Below, in pieces: positions 8,900 through 20,910 of a stretch of 64,000 bases of DNA (position 1 is its first letter; every line of letters starts with the position of its first letter). The position numbers and the translations under genes are program-made. The notes beneath the pieces are model-generated. The model was not told where the DNA came from and made no database searches. It saw nothing but the letters and a program-made list of their open reading frames with translations. Source of the DNA: Octopus sinensis (taxonomy: Eukaryota); contig NC_043001.1 of assembly GCF_006345805.1 (NCBI RefSeq), forward strand, positions 64,976,001-65,040,000, read 5' to 3'.

Positions 8900-11200
8900 A
8901 AGTACTCTGCTTAGATGTCTTTACTCACACCAGAATATGGCTCTCTAAGGCACTAACTTCTCCACCTGGTCTGATGGAGGCTACATGTTGCACCAGAATA
9001 ATACCTCCTTCTGGGAGATATGTCCTCTTTTGGTTATAGTTTGATTGTTCAATGGCATCTTTCTATGATTCCATTTCTACTTAGCCTGTATGTAGTTTTA
9101 AAATACAGCTTGGTCTTCCACCATCTCTCTAAGTGACTCTGAACAAAACACTGCTTTTGTCCATTAGCATCTCATCCACTTGGCCCCTCTCCAAAACTTT
9201 TGTTCAGAAGTCTAATAATTTCAACTGCAGCCTCTGCTCTAATCTCCCTCTGTATAACTACTTGCCCATAACTTCAGTCATGATAAGCTTCAACCTTTGG
9301 ATGCATTGCATTTACTGCCAGCTACTTCCAATAACTTCTCACTCAAGTCTCTCCCCTTTCATGCACACTTGGTTGATTGACTGACACCTGTTCCAACTTT
9401 TAACCACCTTCCAAACACTCTCCTTTGTAACATCAGAGTCAACCCTTCTGGTCAAAAATATTGTCCTGATCATCTCTGTATGATACACATCATGGCTTCT
9501 CTTTAGCTTCAGATCCTCCAGATTTTCCAATCAGCATTCAGCATTCAGTTCCCTCTCTAAATCCTCTGGCATCCACATTTTCCTCACCCCAGTAAGGGCA
9601 TCTTCTTCAGTTTTCTCTGAGAGTACAAGTACTATTCACAGCTGCAGGTTAAATTCTTTGATCAACAATCATCTCTATCACTCTTCAGATTCTCTTATAG
9701 GTAAATTAGGGATCTCACTCACCCAAGCACAATTTAGATTTGGACCCCCTTCTAAACTAAATTTATTTCCTTCAACATGGCATCCAATTTAACTACATTG
9801 ATATGGTAGTTGTCCTTCTTTCTTAGCTAAGCTGTATCCTCTGTCTCAACTTCACCTATTTCTAGGACAACTCCCATGGCTATGCTACTAGCATCACACC
9901 ATACAAGACCTCTCCCTGACTTAGGCAGTTAGGTCATCGTTGAATAGGAGTAGACATCTTTAGTTTGTTGTTTACGGCTGTGTGTTATTTCATATAGACA
10001 TAACCATTGTTGTTTAAATACATATTTATTCTTATTGGTTTAATGTGCAATATTTACATGTATACATATACATAAAAAGTTTTTGTAGTTTTTCGCAATA
10101 TACTTCTCTGTATTGCAGGAATAGTGTTTGTTCATCATAATTGAAGAACTACTTTTTACTTCAGGCTGAGTTTCAGCAAAGGAAAACTTGACATTGTAAA
10201 AGCTGGTTACTTTTGCTTCAAAGGGCTGCTCACTGGCTTGTTTTTGGTAAGAAGTGAGAATATGTGTTCCCTGGTGGCTTTTATAACCATGCAAAGTGCG
10301 GGAACTTCTAAAAACTCATGGAATGTTTTACTGTATGGCATATTTCTGCTAGCTGATTGGTCAGTTATCAAGGAGCATCATCTGACTCAAGTGTGGACTG
10401 GAACCAGCTACCAGGGTTGTGAGGTTTTAATTCTAGGTCTTGCTACAGATGCATACCAAATTTCTTCTCACTGGATCCTCCTTTCTAACTCTCTCCAAGA
10501 TATCTTTCTTCATTACAACTGTTCCCTTTCCAACTTTCTGTCCTCGACTCACTCGAGCTGTTCTCCTCCTAGTTGTCTGCACATGGAAAACAGACCTCAA
10601 TTACTCAAATCATCCTTCAAGTCCAGAACTTCATTTCCTCTCTGAAACACCAGTTCATCTGACCTATCTCCCCTCAGCCTCACTCCCAATGCCGTCCCTC
10701 CCACTATAGATTCTAGTAGGTTTGCAACCGACCTGAACCTCCTCAGATTATCCATCACTTCTGCTGTTGTCACCATTGCCTTGTCCACCAAAATGTCATC
10801 TATGTAGGAGTAAAGAACTCCTTTCATTCTGACCACCTTTCCCAGTATCATCTTGAGAATTGTGACTATGATCTTTGACACAGTTCAGTTCAAATTCGAA
10901 CATAGTCAAGCACTAGATCTTACCTCCCGAACTTCACCAGCTATTATTTCCACAACGTTTTGTCCACATGAAACTGTAGATTGGCTGACTTCAAATCTAT
11001 TATTGCAGAAATCCCTCTCATCTGCCTCCACTCTCTAAAGGTCTACCTACATATATTCGTGGCCTCTCTATTAGAGTTACATGTCACTTGCTTATTCAAC
11101 TTCAATCCTACGTTGGCCAGACTTAATTCTTAATTGGTTGAACAACTGCAATCAATGACAACATCTCACTGAAGGGAGTCGGTCAGTGTTGGAGGGAGTT
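8900..11200 (-). mobile_element. Heavily decayed Gypsy-like LTR retrotransposon pol remnant (RT then integrase)
   Basis: LIAVVQP..IDLKSANLQFHV..LWK (10940-11160), SYIDDILV (ORF 10597-10881), integrase-like RTIFL..VWKVVKSW.RCQSI (9339-9530) and ERG..EMLMD. Confidence 0.65.
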
Positions 11201-11448
11201 AGTACTAAGTTAGTTGTACTTAATACTGATCAGGGACAAAAGTAAGTTTCTTTTTCCTGTTTCACTAACCACTAACCAGTAAACAAAATTTATTACTGGC
11301 AATTCTATGTGATATAAAAGTAGACAACACAGCAACAATCTACGTATTTAAATAACCCCAAAACACGATGGACCACTCAGCGAAGTTCGTTGTTTTGGAT
11401 TACATTTTGAAGCGGGCGTCAAAAACAGTTTCCCCTCACTTGGTTTAC

Positions 11449-11762
11449 GGTACTACTTAAGAAGAGTGGTCCCGGTGCGCGCACTCGTTTACTCGCGCAT
11501 CTGCGCTAGCTAGTCGTGACTAGTCAATCCTATAACGATTACCTAGCAAAGTAAATAAAACACAAAATAAATAATTTTTTTACACAAAGTAAATAATTTT
11601 TTAAACAAAGTAAATAAAACACAAAAACACAGAGTAAATATTTTTTTAAAACAAAGTGAATAAAACAAAAACACAAAGTAAGGATCGACTAGTCACGACT
11701 AGCTAGGCGGATGCGCGAGTACGCGAGTGCGCGCACCGGGACCACTCTTCTTAAGTAGTACC
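11449..11762. mobile_element. 314-bp MITE with ~80-bp TIRs and a 9-bp TSD (Mutator/MULE-like)
   Basis: ggtactacttaagaagagtggtcccggtgcgcgcactcg ... cgagtgcgcgcaccgggaccactcttcttaagtagtacc, flanked by TTGGTTTAC at 11440-11448 and 11763-11771. Confidence 0.85.
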
Positions 11763-13619
11763 TTGGTTTACTACATTAATTACATTAAGTCTACGTGAGA
11801 AAAAGTAGGTATGGATGTATGCGTGAAAGAAGAGAGCGACAATAGGTGTATGTGTGAAAGGAGATATGTGTGTGCGCGTGTAAAGAAGAGAAAGTGGATA
11901 GGTGTGTTGAAGAGAGAGAGAGAGAGAGAGGGAGAGGTAACAAAAGCATGTGCTTGGCAACGTTTGTTTTGATGTCGCCTCGTTGTCCGCTTTCATTTAT
12001 TCACGTCAATGCAATATCACCACTATATCATCAACAATAAACTATGTTCATTGCTAAATAGAAAAGCAGTAATGATTACGACCCAAAAGAACAGTAGCTA
12101 GTGTAGACACAACACATAATTGAATGTTTATATTAGCAACACGTTGTTACACAATATATATACATAATTCACTATAATAATAATAATATTATTATTATTA
12201 TTTAGTCACTGTTACGTTATTAACAAAAAGTTTGCCATAGTAAATACCAATATCGATATGGTATCTTCTGATGACATATTTAAGACATCTCAGTTACTGA
12301 TAATAATCTTCTGGATTATCTTTAATTCTCAAGTTCAATGTCACAAACTACCACCTGATTCCAGTTCGGAACTTCTTCCAAGTTACTCTTTACCAAGTAA
12401 GTCTCCCTCTTTCTAATAATAATTGCAGGGAGACCTGAGCAAAAAAATTAAATCTATTTTTATGTTTATACTAAAATATGTATTTTTAAAGGGCACGGAA
12501 TATGCTCGGAAAGACTTTCCAATTGATCTCTAAAAATGTACAAATTCTTTTCATTTATGCAGAATTCCTTCTATTGTATTATCATAATTTCTTTTATTGT
12601 ATAAAATTTATGATTTATTATTAAAATTATTAATAGTAAGTCCTTGACAGTTGCCCAACTTGCTAGAAATAACAGTAAAATTTTCCTGAAATCACACTAC
12701 CGTCTTACCTACCACTCATTGGGTTAATATATTTCTAACTTCAAATATTATCAATCAAGCAAACTAACATACTATAATTGAGACACCTAAATCTTTAGAG
12801 GTCGGATTTGATAGCGAATAACGAGAATTGGGGTGTATGTGGTTGTCCTGGATGCTAGAAACAACAGCCAAACCGCCCTCAAATCGCACCATATTGTCTC
12901 AAATCAAAAGAAAAACACATTTGATAGTGTTGTCTTACAATCCACCTTAGAATGGTATGGCCACGATTCGCGTCTTTGATTACAGGTCTGCTCAAATAGG
13001 ACTGACCTGTGGTTACACAAATCTCGTCCTGTTATTTCAAACAACAGAAGACTACCATGAAAACCCGCCATTACAATCCCTAAGGTTTAAAATAACCCAA
13101 ATTGAAATAGAAATCTTAAAACGGGATAACTAAAGAATTAGCAAAGTGCAGTAGATTTAGTTACGATCCTTTACGTTTCGAGTTCAATTCCTGTCGACGT
13201 CAACGATAAAAATGTGGTCTAGAACTTCAATAATGAGGAACCTCAGCGAATAAGAAAAAAAATATCACATATAAAACAGTTTTCTCTTTAAATCAAAGAG
13301 GTCGTGTTTTTTAATACTTTAATTACATTAACTTTGATTTAATTTGCTAATTAGATTATCAACAGATTAATATTATCCCCCTCATAATTTGCACATAAAT
13401 ATTAAAAAGGCTGCTCGCAGTTGCCAAATATTTTTCATGTTTGTTGTTATTTAGTCCCCTGTCAACCCTGAATAAACAAATCAAAGACGCTCCAGCCATG
13501 ACGATCAAAGATTACATTATTCAATGAGTGGTTAATATATAGATCCATGCCCAGGTGGCAAAAATGGAAAAAAATATGTGTAACAGGTGTAAGGCATCGT
13601 ATATTGAAGGAATATGACG

Positions 13620-13948
13620 AAAAAAAAGCGCGCTGACAAACGGGTGGGTGGGTGGGGAGAGGGCTCGGAAAATTCCCACGATCAACCGTAGAGGATCCGA
13701 GCAATAAACCTCAACGCCCGGTCGCAGGAGCGCAACAGAAACCGTCTAAATACTTCTCATGCAATGTATATACAACAAATATCGAGAAAAAAATGCGCGC
13801 TGACAAACGGGGGCGTGGGGAGGGGGCTCGGAAAATACCCACAATCAACCGTAGAGGATCCGAGCAATAAACCTCAACACCCGGTCGCAGGCGCGCAACA
13901 GAAACCGTCTAAATACTTCTCATGCAATGTATATGCAACAAATATTGT
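13620..13948. repeat. Tandem duplication of a ~165-bp CpG-rich unit
   Basis: gcgcgctgacaaacggg...gctcggaaaat...ggatccgagcaataaacc...catgcaatgtatat occurs twice with few substitutions. Confidence 0.9.
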
Positions 13949-13954
13949 TGGGTG

Positions 13955-14138
13955 GACAAACACACATATATATACATATATACGACGGGCTTCTTAAAGG
14001 TTCCGTCTACCAAACCCACTCACAAGGCTTTTGCTGGCTCGAGGCTATAGTAGAAGACACTTGACCAAGGTACCACGCCGTGGGACTGAACCCGGAACCA
14101 TGTGGTTGGTGAGGAAGCTACTTACCACACAGCCATCC
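13955..14138 (-). mobile_element. CORE-like SINE family 1, 3'-truncated
   Basis: Reverse complement of the 7307 and 26694 copies. Confidence 0.85.
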
Positions 14139-14408
14139 ACTCTTTCTCGAACACATCTCTTCTAAACCCTGCCAACGCTGTTTCCCCGAACACACTTCTC
14201 GACAAAACTCATATTTTTTTGTAACTTTCAAATAAAATAATAAAAAAAAAACCTTAATTTCATATTGATGTGGGGAAAATACTCCGAAAGAAATATTTGC
14301 AGAAAGGTGAGTAGATTCATTACACAATTCATTTCATTGTGTTACCGCAGTTTAGTGAGATTTGGCTGTTATTTCTAGCATGAAAATAGCCGGCTTGAGG
14401 GGGATATA

Positions 14409-14773
14409 TCTTTATATATAAAAGTGAAGTTGTGTGCTATCTGTCTCCTACGATTTAGATTCCTAACTACTCCCACATTTTGCGGTGCAGTTTAACCGAA
14501 ACCGGGTATCTTATAGTCGTGATTCATATCGAGCCCTACGATGCGTCTACGATTTAAAGAAAAATTTACCATCAATTTTCCCCATTTTTAACGCATTTTT
14601 GGCATAAGGGAAGTAACTCTCTAAAAATGTATTATTAAATCTCAGAACGTAAAAAGCTACAGTAACACCCCCCCCTTTTGTGGTTAACCATATTGAGATG
14701 GCTTTACATCTCTAAAAATGCTTATATAGTTATTTCCCTTACAAACCCGAGCAACGCCGGGCGATACTGCTAG
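14409..14773 (+). mobile_element. Non-autonomous Helitron, family A
   Basis: A|TC start, subterminal hairpin cccgagcaacgccggg, CTAG|T end; second copy at 22868-23250. Confidence 0.85.
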
Positions 14774-14775
14774 TC

Positions 14776-14806
<31 letters not shown>

Positions 14807-15034
14807 TTATTTTACAAACAAAAAGTGAAAACTGAAGTAATGGAATTTGAATTTTTGAAGTTGCAATTGATAATTATTCTGTGACAATCAATAATATTGT
14901 GAAAATATAATCTGTACTTACCACATGCGTGGTAGATTTGCTGATTATTTTCAACAAATCTACCACGCTTCTATTTCAAATTCTTTAACGTTGTCAGTTG
15001 TTGCAGCAGCCTCGTGGAAATTGGTCGAACATCT

Positions 15035-15985
15035 TTATTGCCCAGGATACAAATTCGCAGCTTGCAATAAAAATTCATGGATCCTTTTGGGAGCAGAGCG
15101 GAAAGCTTGCATGAATTGGTATCTAGCAACATATTGTTTTAAGTAACACGGTTTAATTCCAGCCCTTATGACGTTTCTTTTTAAGCTCCCCCAAAATCTT
15201 TCGATTGTCTGTGTATGAATAGATGAGTTTGCTGGATCTACAAAGTTCTGGCTGTGATTTATCTGAAAATGTGTGTAACCTAAACTATCTAACCTATTAT
15301 ATACGGGCCAACAATCACTATATACAGTTGAACCAGGGTGAATGTGGCGTCTGATTAATGGAATTAGTGTGGAAGAATCTCGCCTTAGAATTTCACCACA
15401 TTCCGATGTCAGGGGTATCAAAAAATTTTTCTTGGAATCTCTTTCTATTCTGCCAAAAAGCCAAATAGTTTTCACAAGTCTCCCCCTGTTATATTTCCTC
15501 CTAACCAAGACTGTCTCATCTATTTCAACTTCGATCCCTGGCCCTCCAATTGGTGCTTGGGAATTTGCGACCCAATGAAGGCAGACTTCAGAGCAGAAAG
15601 ACCTCCAATCAACAGACGTGGCAAGCGTTATATCTAAATTCTCCATAACAGCTTGGTGCGACCAACCTTCTATTAAGAAATGGTTTATATACAAAAGAAT
15701 TTTCCATGGGGATAATCGACTCCGATTCAAAAAGGTGTTCTTAAATATGGAAACAGAAAAACCACATTCTGTCGCCTTCTGTCTTCTTCTGCGAACCATT
15801 TTCCTGCAACGAAATATATCTGTTCCATTTTGTAGAACACATGGTGAATTGCACGTTGGGCAATTCACATTTCTTGGTATTACTCCATGTTCTCGAAAAA
15901 ATTCTAATGCCGAGTCATCTTTATGCCGAAATCTCGAAATCCCGTCATACAGACTCAGCTCGCACGGAATAACACACGATGCCAT
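15035..15985 (-). CDS. Merlin / IS1595 (ISXO2-like) DDE transposase, 316 aa, intact ORF
   Basis: Cys-rich N-terminus (CPTC..C..FRC), IGGPGIEVEIDET, KYNRGR, WLFGRIER, TLIPLI..HIHPGSTVYSDCW..Y..L, H..INHS.NFVDP, HTQTIERFWGSLK; ATG in good context (gcatcATGG). Confidence 0.9.
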   Translation of the reverse strand: MASCVIPCELSLYDGISRFRHKDDSALEFFREHGVIPRNVNCPTCNSPCVLQNGTDIFRCRKMVRRRRQKATECGFSVSIFKNTFLNRSRLSPWKILLYINHFLIEGWSHQAVMENLDITLATSVDWRSFCSEVCLHWVANSQAPIGGPGIEVEIDETVLVRRKYNRGRLVKTIWLFGRIERDSKKNFLIPLTSECGEILRRDSSTLIPLIRRHIHPGSTVYSDCWPVYNRLDSLGYTHFQINHSQNFVDPANSSIHTQTIERFWGSLKRNVIRAGIKPCYLKQYVARYQFMQAFRSAPKRIHEFLLQAANLYPGQ

Positions 15986-16249
15986 GATGCAAATTAAAAT
16001 GACCAGATTAAAGATAAATTCAAATAATATTAACGTTCAGTGAATGTCTCAAAATATTTTTGTATAAAGTGAAGAACACGTCTTGTCACCGTGAAGACAC
16101 GTTTTAGAAAGGCCTTTTCCACGCTGCCTGCGCACGCAATTACCCCACACACATTCATTTAACACTAGGTCAAAAACGAAAACAAATAAAACAACTAACA
16201 ATAACAGGCATCGCTTCCCATACACCTTACCTAGAAATATAGATACCAC

Positions 16250-17240
16250 TCATTTATCTAACGACTTAGATAGCTCTATTCCCAGACGCCCTAAAAAAAG
16301 TGGCGGTCACTCTATTTTATGGTACACATCTCCATTCTCACTTAACGTTAAGAACTTAGCTAAATCCTTCTTTAGAATACTAGACTCTAACTTCCCTCGA
16401 CAACATAAATATCACTCTATCTTTAATTGATCCACCCTGAAACTATCTTATTCTAACTCACCTAACTTTGAATCTATTGTAGCAGCCTCGAATAAACAAA
16501 AGCTCTCTCTTTACTATCAAAACTCACATAACTACAACTCTACTAATACAAATAATCAACACACACACAGATCCAGCACATACCCTTACATTAGACCACA
16601 ACCACAACCCAACCCTTTCTACTGACACTGCCCGGAACATCACCACAATCTCTAACGCCCCTACAAATAGCAGAATTAATAATAACAATAGTAGTAGTGG
16701 CAGTGATAGTAATGATAATAATAATAATAATAATATAGAAATTTTCACCCCCTTCTATAACCTTTCTTCTGACAATACTATCTCCTCTATTACCGAACAG
16801 GGTCCCCAAAATTCACATAATTGTAATTGCTGTCCTGGAACCACCTGCCCGTTACAAACCCATTGCAGAAGATATAATGTAATTTACAAATGCACAGCCC
16901 TTAATCTATTACACAACTCTACAGCCATATACATAGGATCAACAAAAAATTCTAAGCAGCGGTATGCCACTCATCTCCATTCTTTTAGATACGATAAACA
17001 TAGTAAATCTACAACACTTGGCAACCACATACATCAGCTCAAAAATGCAAATATACCCTATCATGGTCCATACTGGACTCAGGACTTCCCTACTGAGGTC
17101 AACACTCAACCTGCAAGCTCTGCCTGACGGAGGCATTCCACATATTAAAGCACAACTCTCCAACACTGCTAAATAAACATAATGAGGTACTAAACACATG
17201 CAACCACTACTTTTATCACACATTCAAATTCTACCACAAA
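16250..17240 (+). mobile_element. Penelope-like element remnant (post-RT linker + GIY-YIG region)
   Basis: ILWYTSPFSLNVK..SNFP..HKYHSIFN..LKLSYS, CNCCPGTTCPLQTHC..NVIYKC and CKLCLTEAFHILKH..LLNKHNEVLNTCNH, across frameshifts. Confidence 0.8.
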
Positions 17241-17385
17241 TCCAAATGCCAGAATGACCATACAGTACATTTCCACAATACCCCTTAGGTAATCCCAATA
17301 ACCTTATAAATCTACATTGTAACTCCTAATCCCTATCTAGTTCCTCACATATACAATCATCTGATTGTATTTGTATGTATGTGCA

Positions 17386-17484
17386 TACATGAACACCACC
17401 CTGTACTTAACTCCATGTCCCCCTACATGGCCTTGCTATTTGCTTTTGAGCCAAATTAACTAACTAACTAACTAACTAACTAAC
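17386..17484 (+). mobile_element. Short CR1 3' tail with (TAAC)n
   Basis: Essentially identical to the reverse complement of the CR1 tail at 49979-50075. Confidence 0.9.
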
Positions 17485-18189
17485 ACCCATGTGTGCGTGT
17501 ATATGTATGAGTGTATGCGTATATGTATATATGTGGGTATGTGTAAATATACATATGCATGCAAGGTATATATACCTGCATATACAGGGGCGATGATACA
17601 TGCAGATGAACATATAAGTGAACGTGCATATGCATGCGAGTAAGGATTGTATGTGTAACATGTCTGATATGTACATGTATATACATCTTCACATATATAT
17701 TTTCTTATATTACTAAGCACTGAACTGCTAAACATATAAATTCCTTAATTCTTCATACTACTAACCCCTCTCTCTGCCCCTACACTTAGACTATACTACT
17801 ACACATTTATCATTCCTTTAATTCTTACCCACCTCATTCCTTCTATCTTTTTACATTATAATACCTTTCTCTCTCTTTCACCCTTCATCTCCCCACTCCT
17901 ACTTTCAAATTATCTCCACTGACCACTGACTGATCTATATCTTCATTTTTCTTTTATTCTCTTTTCTCTTTATTCCTTTTATCCCTCTCTTCAGGTTTTT
18001 TTTAGTTTTTATTTTTATTATATTGTTATTATTTTATTAATTTTCTTCTTACTTTCTTCTTTTTCTCTCTTTTTTCTCTCTCATTTTTTCTTTCTCTTCT
18101 CTTTTTTTCTTCCCTTTTCTTTTTCTCTTTCTTCATTCCTCTCTTCCTGTTTGACCCTACTAATACACTCCCTATTTTTAGGTCACTTT

Positions 18190-18555
18190 AAATAAAAACC
18201 TTTGACTCTGGGACACTGTATATAAATTATCTACTTGGAATGACCAAGTTTAAAAACTGCTGGATTTCACTCATAAGGGAGTCTTACATTGTGTATAAAC
18301 TCTATATTTGGAAGGACCCATTTGGACTTTCAGACTTTACTCATAGGGTATTGGAATATTACATATATACCATTCTGTCTAAAAAATAAATTTACAACTT
18401 CAATATCCATGCATATCTTGCATTTATTTTCTTTCCTCCACCTCACTCTCTATTTTGTATCACATCTAAACTAACTATGACTTAACCATCCCCTCACACC
18501 GTCTTTGATGAAGGGATATAATTAATAAATATCCTGGAAACAGCTGTAAGACCTT
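18190..18555 (+). mobile_element. Probable Penelope-like 3' remnant with a degenerate hammerhead motif
   Basis: Peptide ..CWISLIRESYIVYKL..PFGL resembles a GIY-YIG element C-terminus; ttgatga...gaaacagctgta at 18505-18548. Confidence 0.5.
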
Positions 18556-18634
18556 CTATCTATAAATGTTCTAATATCTACACAGCCTTGGTTTTTTATC
18601 TCATTACGCCAAAAATTCTTATATATATAATATA

Positions 18635-18669
<35 letters not shown>

Positions 18670-20271
18670 ATATTATATAATATATATATATATATAATAT
18701 ATATAATATATATATAAAGTTTCATTGGATTTCAAAAATCTACCCATACTGTACCACTATTCAGCATAGAGTGAATGTTAAATAGATTGGATTGAGTTTA
18801 TATTTAATTAGCATGTATAAGATAGAAAGAAAAGATAAAAGTTAAAAAATAAAGTAAGAAATAAAAGTAATAGAAGTAAAAAACGAGAAATAAAAGTAAA
18901 AATAAAGATAATAAAGTTAGATACACATAAATAAAATGTAGCAAAATTGGAATACAGTAACAAAAAAAAAACATAGAGTAGGATAAGAGATAAAGAGATA
19001 AAATACTATAGAGCTGAGAACAGGATGTTGGCTTGGATGAGATGGTAGTGGTCATAAATAATTTCTTAGTTTGACCACTCATTGAATTATAGATTAAGGT
19101 TGTAATTTGATATCATTGTGATGAATGGTCAGTTTACCCAAACTCACCACTAAAAATTACTAGCTTTATAAATTTATCTATTACATGGGTCCATCCACTT
19201 ACTTAGAAGTCATAGTATATGTATATGTGTGTATACACATGCACTCATACAGATACATACGCTAACATGCTCCAGCGTATACAAGTCCGCCTCATTATGC
19301 ACAGCTCTAAATACATGACTATACACATACATTTCTACACATATCTACAGTTACACCCTAGTAACCATGTACATACACTACCATATTCACATATCCTTAA
19401 GCACACGTACAGATATAGATATAGATATATATCCATGTATAGTATCCGGATACATTCATGCACGGCCATCCATGTATACATACTTACAATACACCTTACA
19501 AGTGTATGTCTTGTTTTTGAATACGTAACAGTTATATTTAATATACTATTCTCAATAGATTGAGTTCCATATATTGAAAAATTTTTTTAAATGGTTTTTT
19601 AGGCCTGCCTATGACAAATCCAATAGACCTGGTATTAAGTAGCAACAAATTGAAATGAGGGATGATCAATAAAGGAAATGATTTAAAAAGAAAAGAAATA
19701 AATATAAGTGATAAAAGGGAGTAGCAAATTAACAATAAATGAAATAATTGATATAGAGATATAAGGTTCTATGGGAATAGAGTTTTGTAAGAATCATTTA
19801 AAAAAAAATAGAGCTTTACAAGAATCATTTTAAAAAAAATAATAGTAAAAGAGCATTAGAAGTAGTAAAAATACTGACAGAATAAACCGGTGATATTAGA
19901 AAGATGTTGTAAGATATCAAAAATATCAAATATATTTGGAAATACATAAAAGACACCTGACAAGATACATAAAAAGATAGATAATAATAGGTTACCAAGA
20001 GGTAAAATAAAATGAATGGGTAAAAAGCAAAGTGAAAATGTAAAGAATAAAATAAAATGAAATGAAAATTAAGATGGAAGTTAAAAATAAAATACGAAGA
20101 AAAATTATAATAATAGTAATAATATAATAAGATAATAGTAATAATATAGTGATTGGAGAAATTTCAAGTCTATCCACTTGTGTAAATTATAGTCCTATTT
20201 TAATTGTTTAGGAAGTGTTATATGAAGTTAAAAGAGTTTAGGTTCCTATCCACTCATGATTACTAGTATAA

Positions 20272-20871
20272 TCTCTTATTATAAAAGGCAGATTTTATCT
20301 GCCTCCCTTTGTCTCTTATAGAAATCTACAATATAGGATTTCTTCAATTACAATTTACCTAGCATTTTTAAGAGTAGAATGCTTCGGGTCGTGCCAGGTC
20401 CAGTTTTTAAAATTCCAACCCCAATTAAGCAAAATTTAGAGAAAACTCACATTGTGGAGTGTAAGTCAAGTGCTTTTCTTAGTGTGGGCTACAGCACACG
20501 CACACACACACACACAAAAACGGAGCGATCTGCTTCACTCACGCTATCACCCTAATTTCTACTCCTTTCTCTTTGCAAGTGTGCAACGATTAAAGTGAAA
20601 CTATTTCTATAAAACGAGAGAAGTGTACCTTAAACCACTACTCAAAAAAAAAAAAAACAGCAAACAGAAACAAATAAATACATAACGATTTACTCCTCAC
20701 ACAATTTCTTCAATTACAGTTTACCTATGATTTTTACAAGTACTTCCATTCGGTCATGCCATACAAAATTTCTTTCAATTTCACCCCCAATTAAGACAAA
20801 ATTCGAGAAAACTCAATATTTTAACATTTCACTCCGAAAGCATTGATGTACATGTGTGCGTGCGTGAGTGT

Positions 20872-20910
<39 letters not shown>

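Noticed and set aside
11940-12020. Promoter with an RFX half-site (ttggcaac) and a CRE-like tcacgtca
   Set aside because: Short motifs expected by chance; no transcript evidence in the sequence.
15035-15985. Bacterial IS1595 contamination
   Set aside because: Contiguous with host-type Helitron, microsatellite and Penelope sequence, with a Kozak-like start; fits eukaryotic Merlin.
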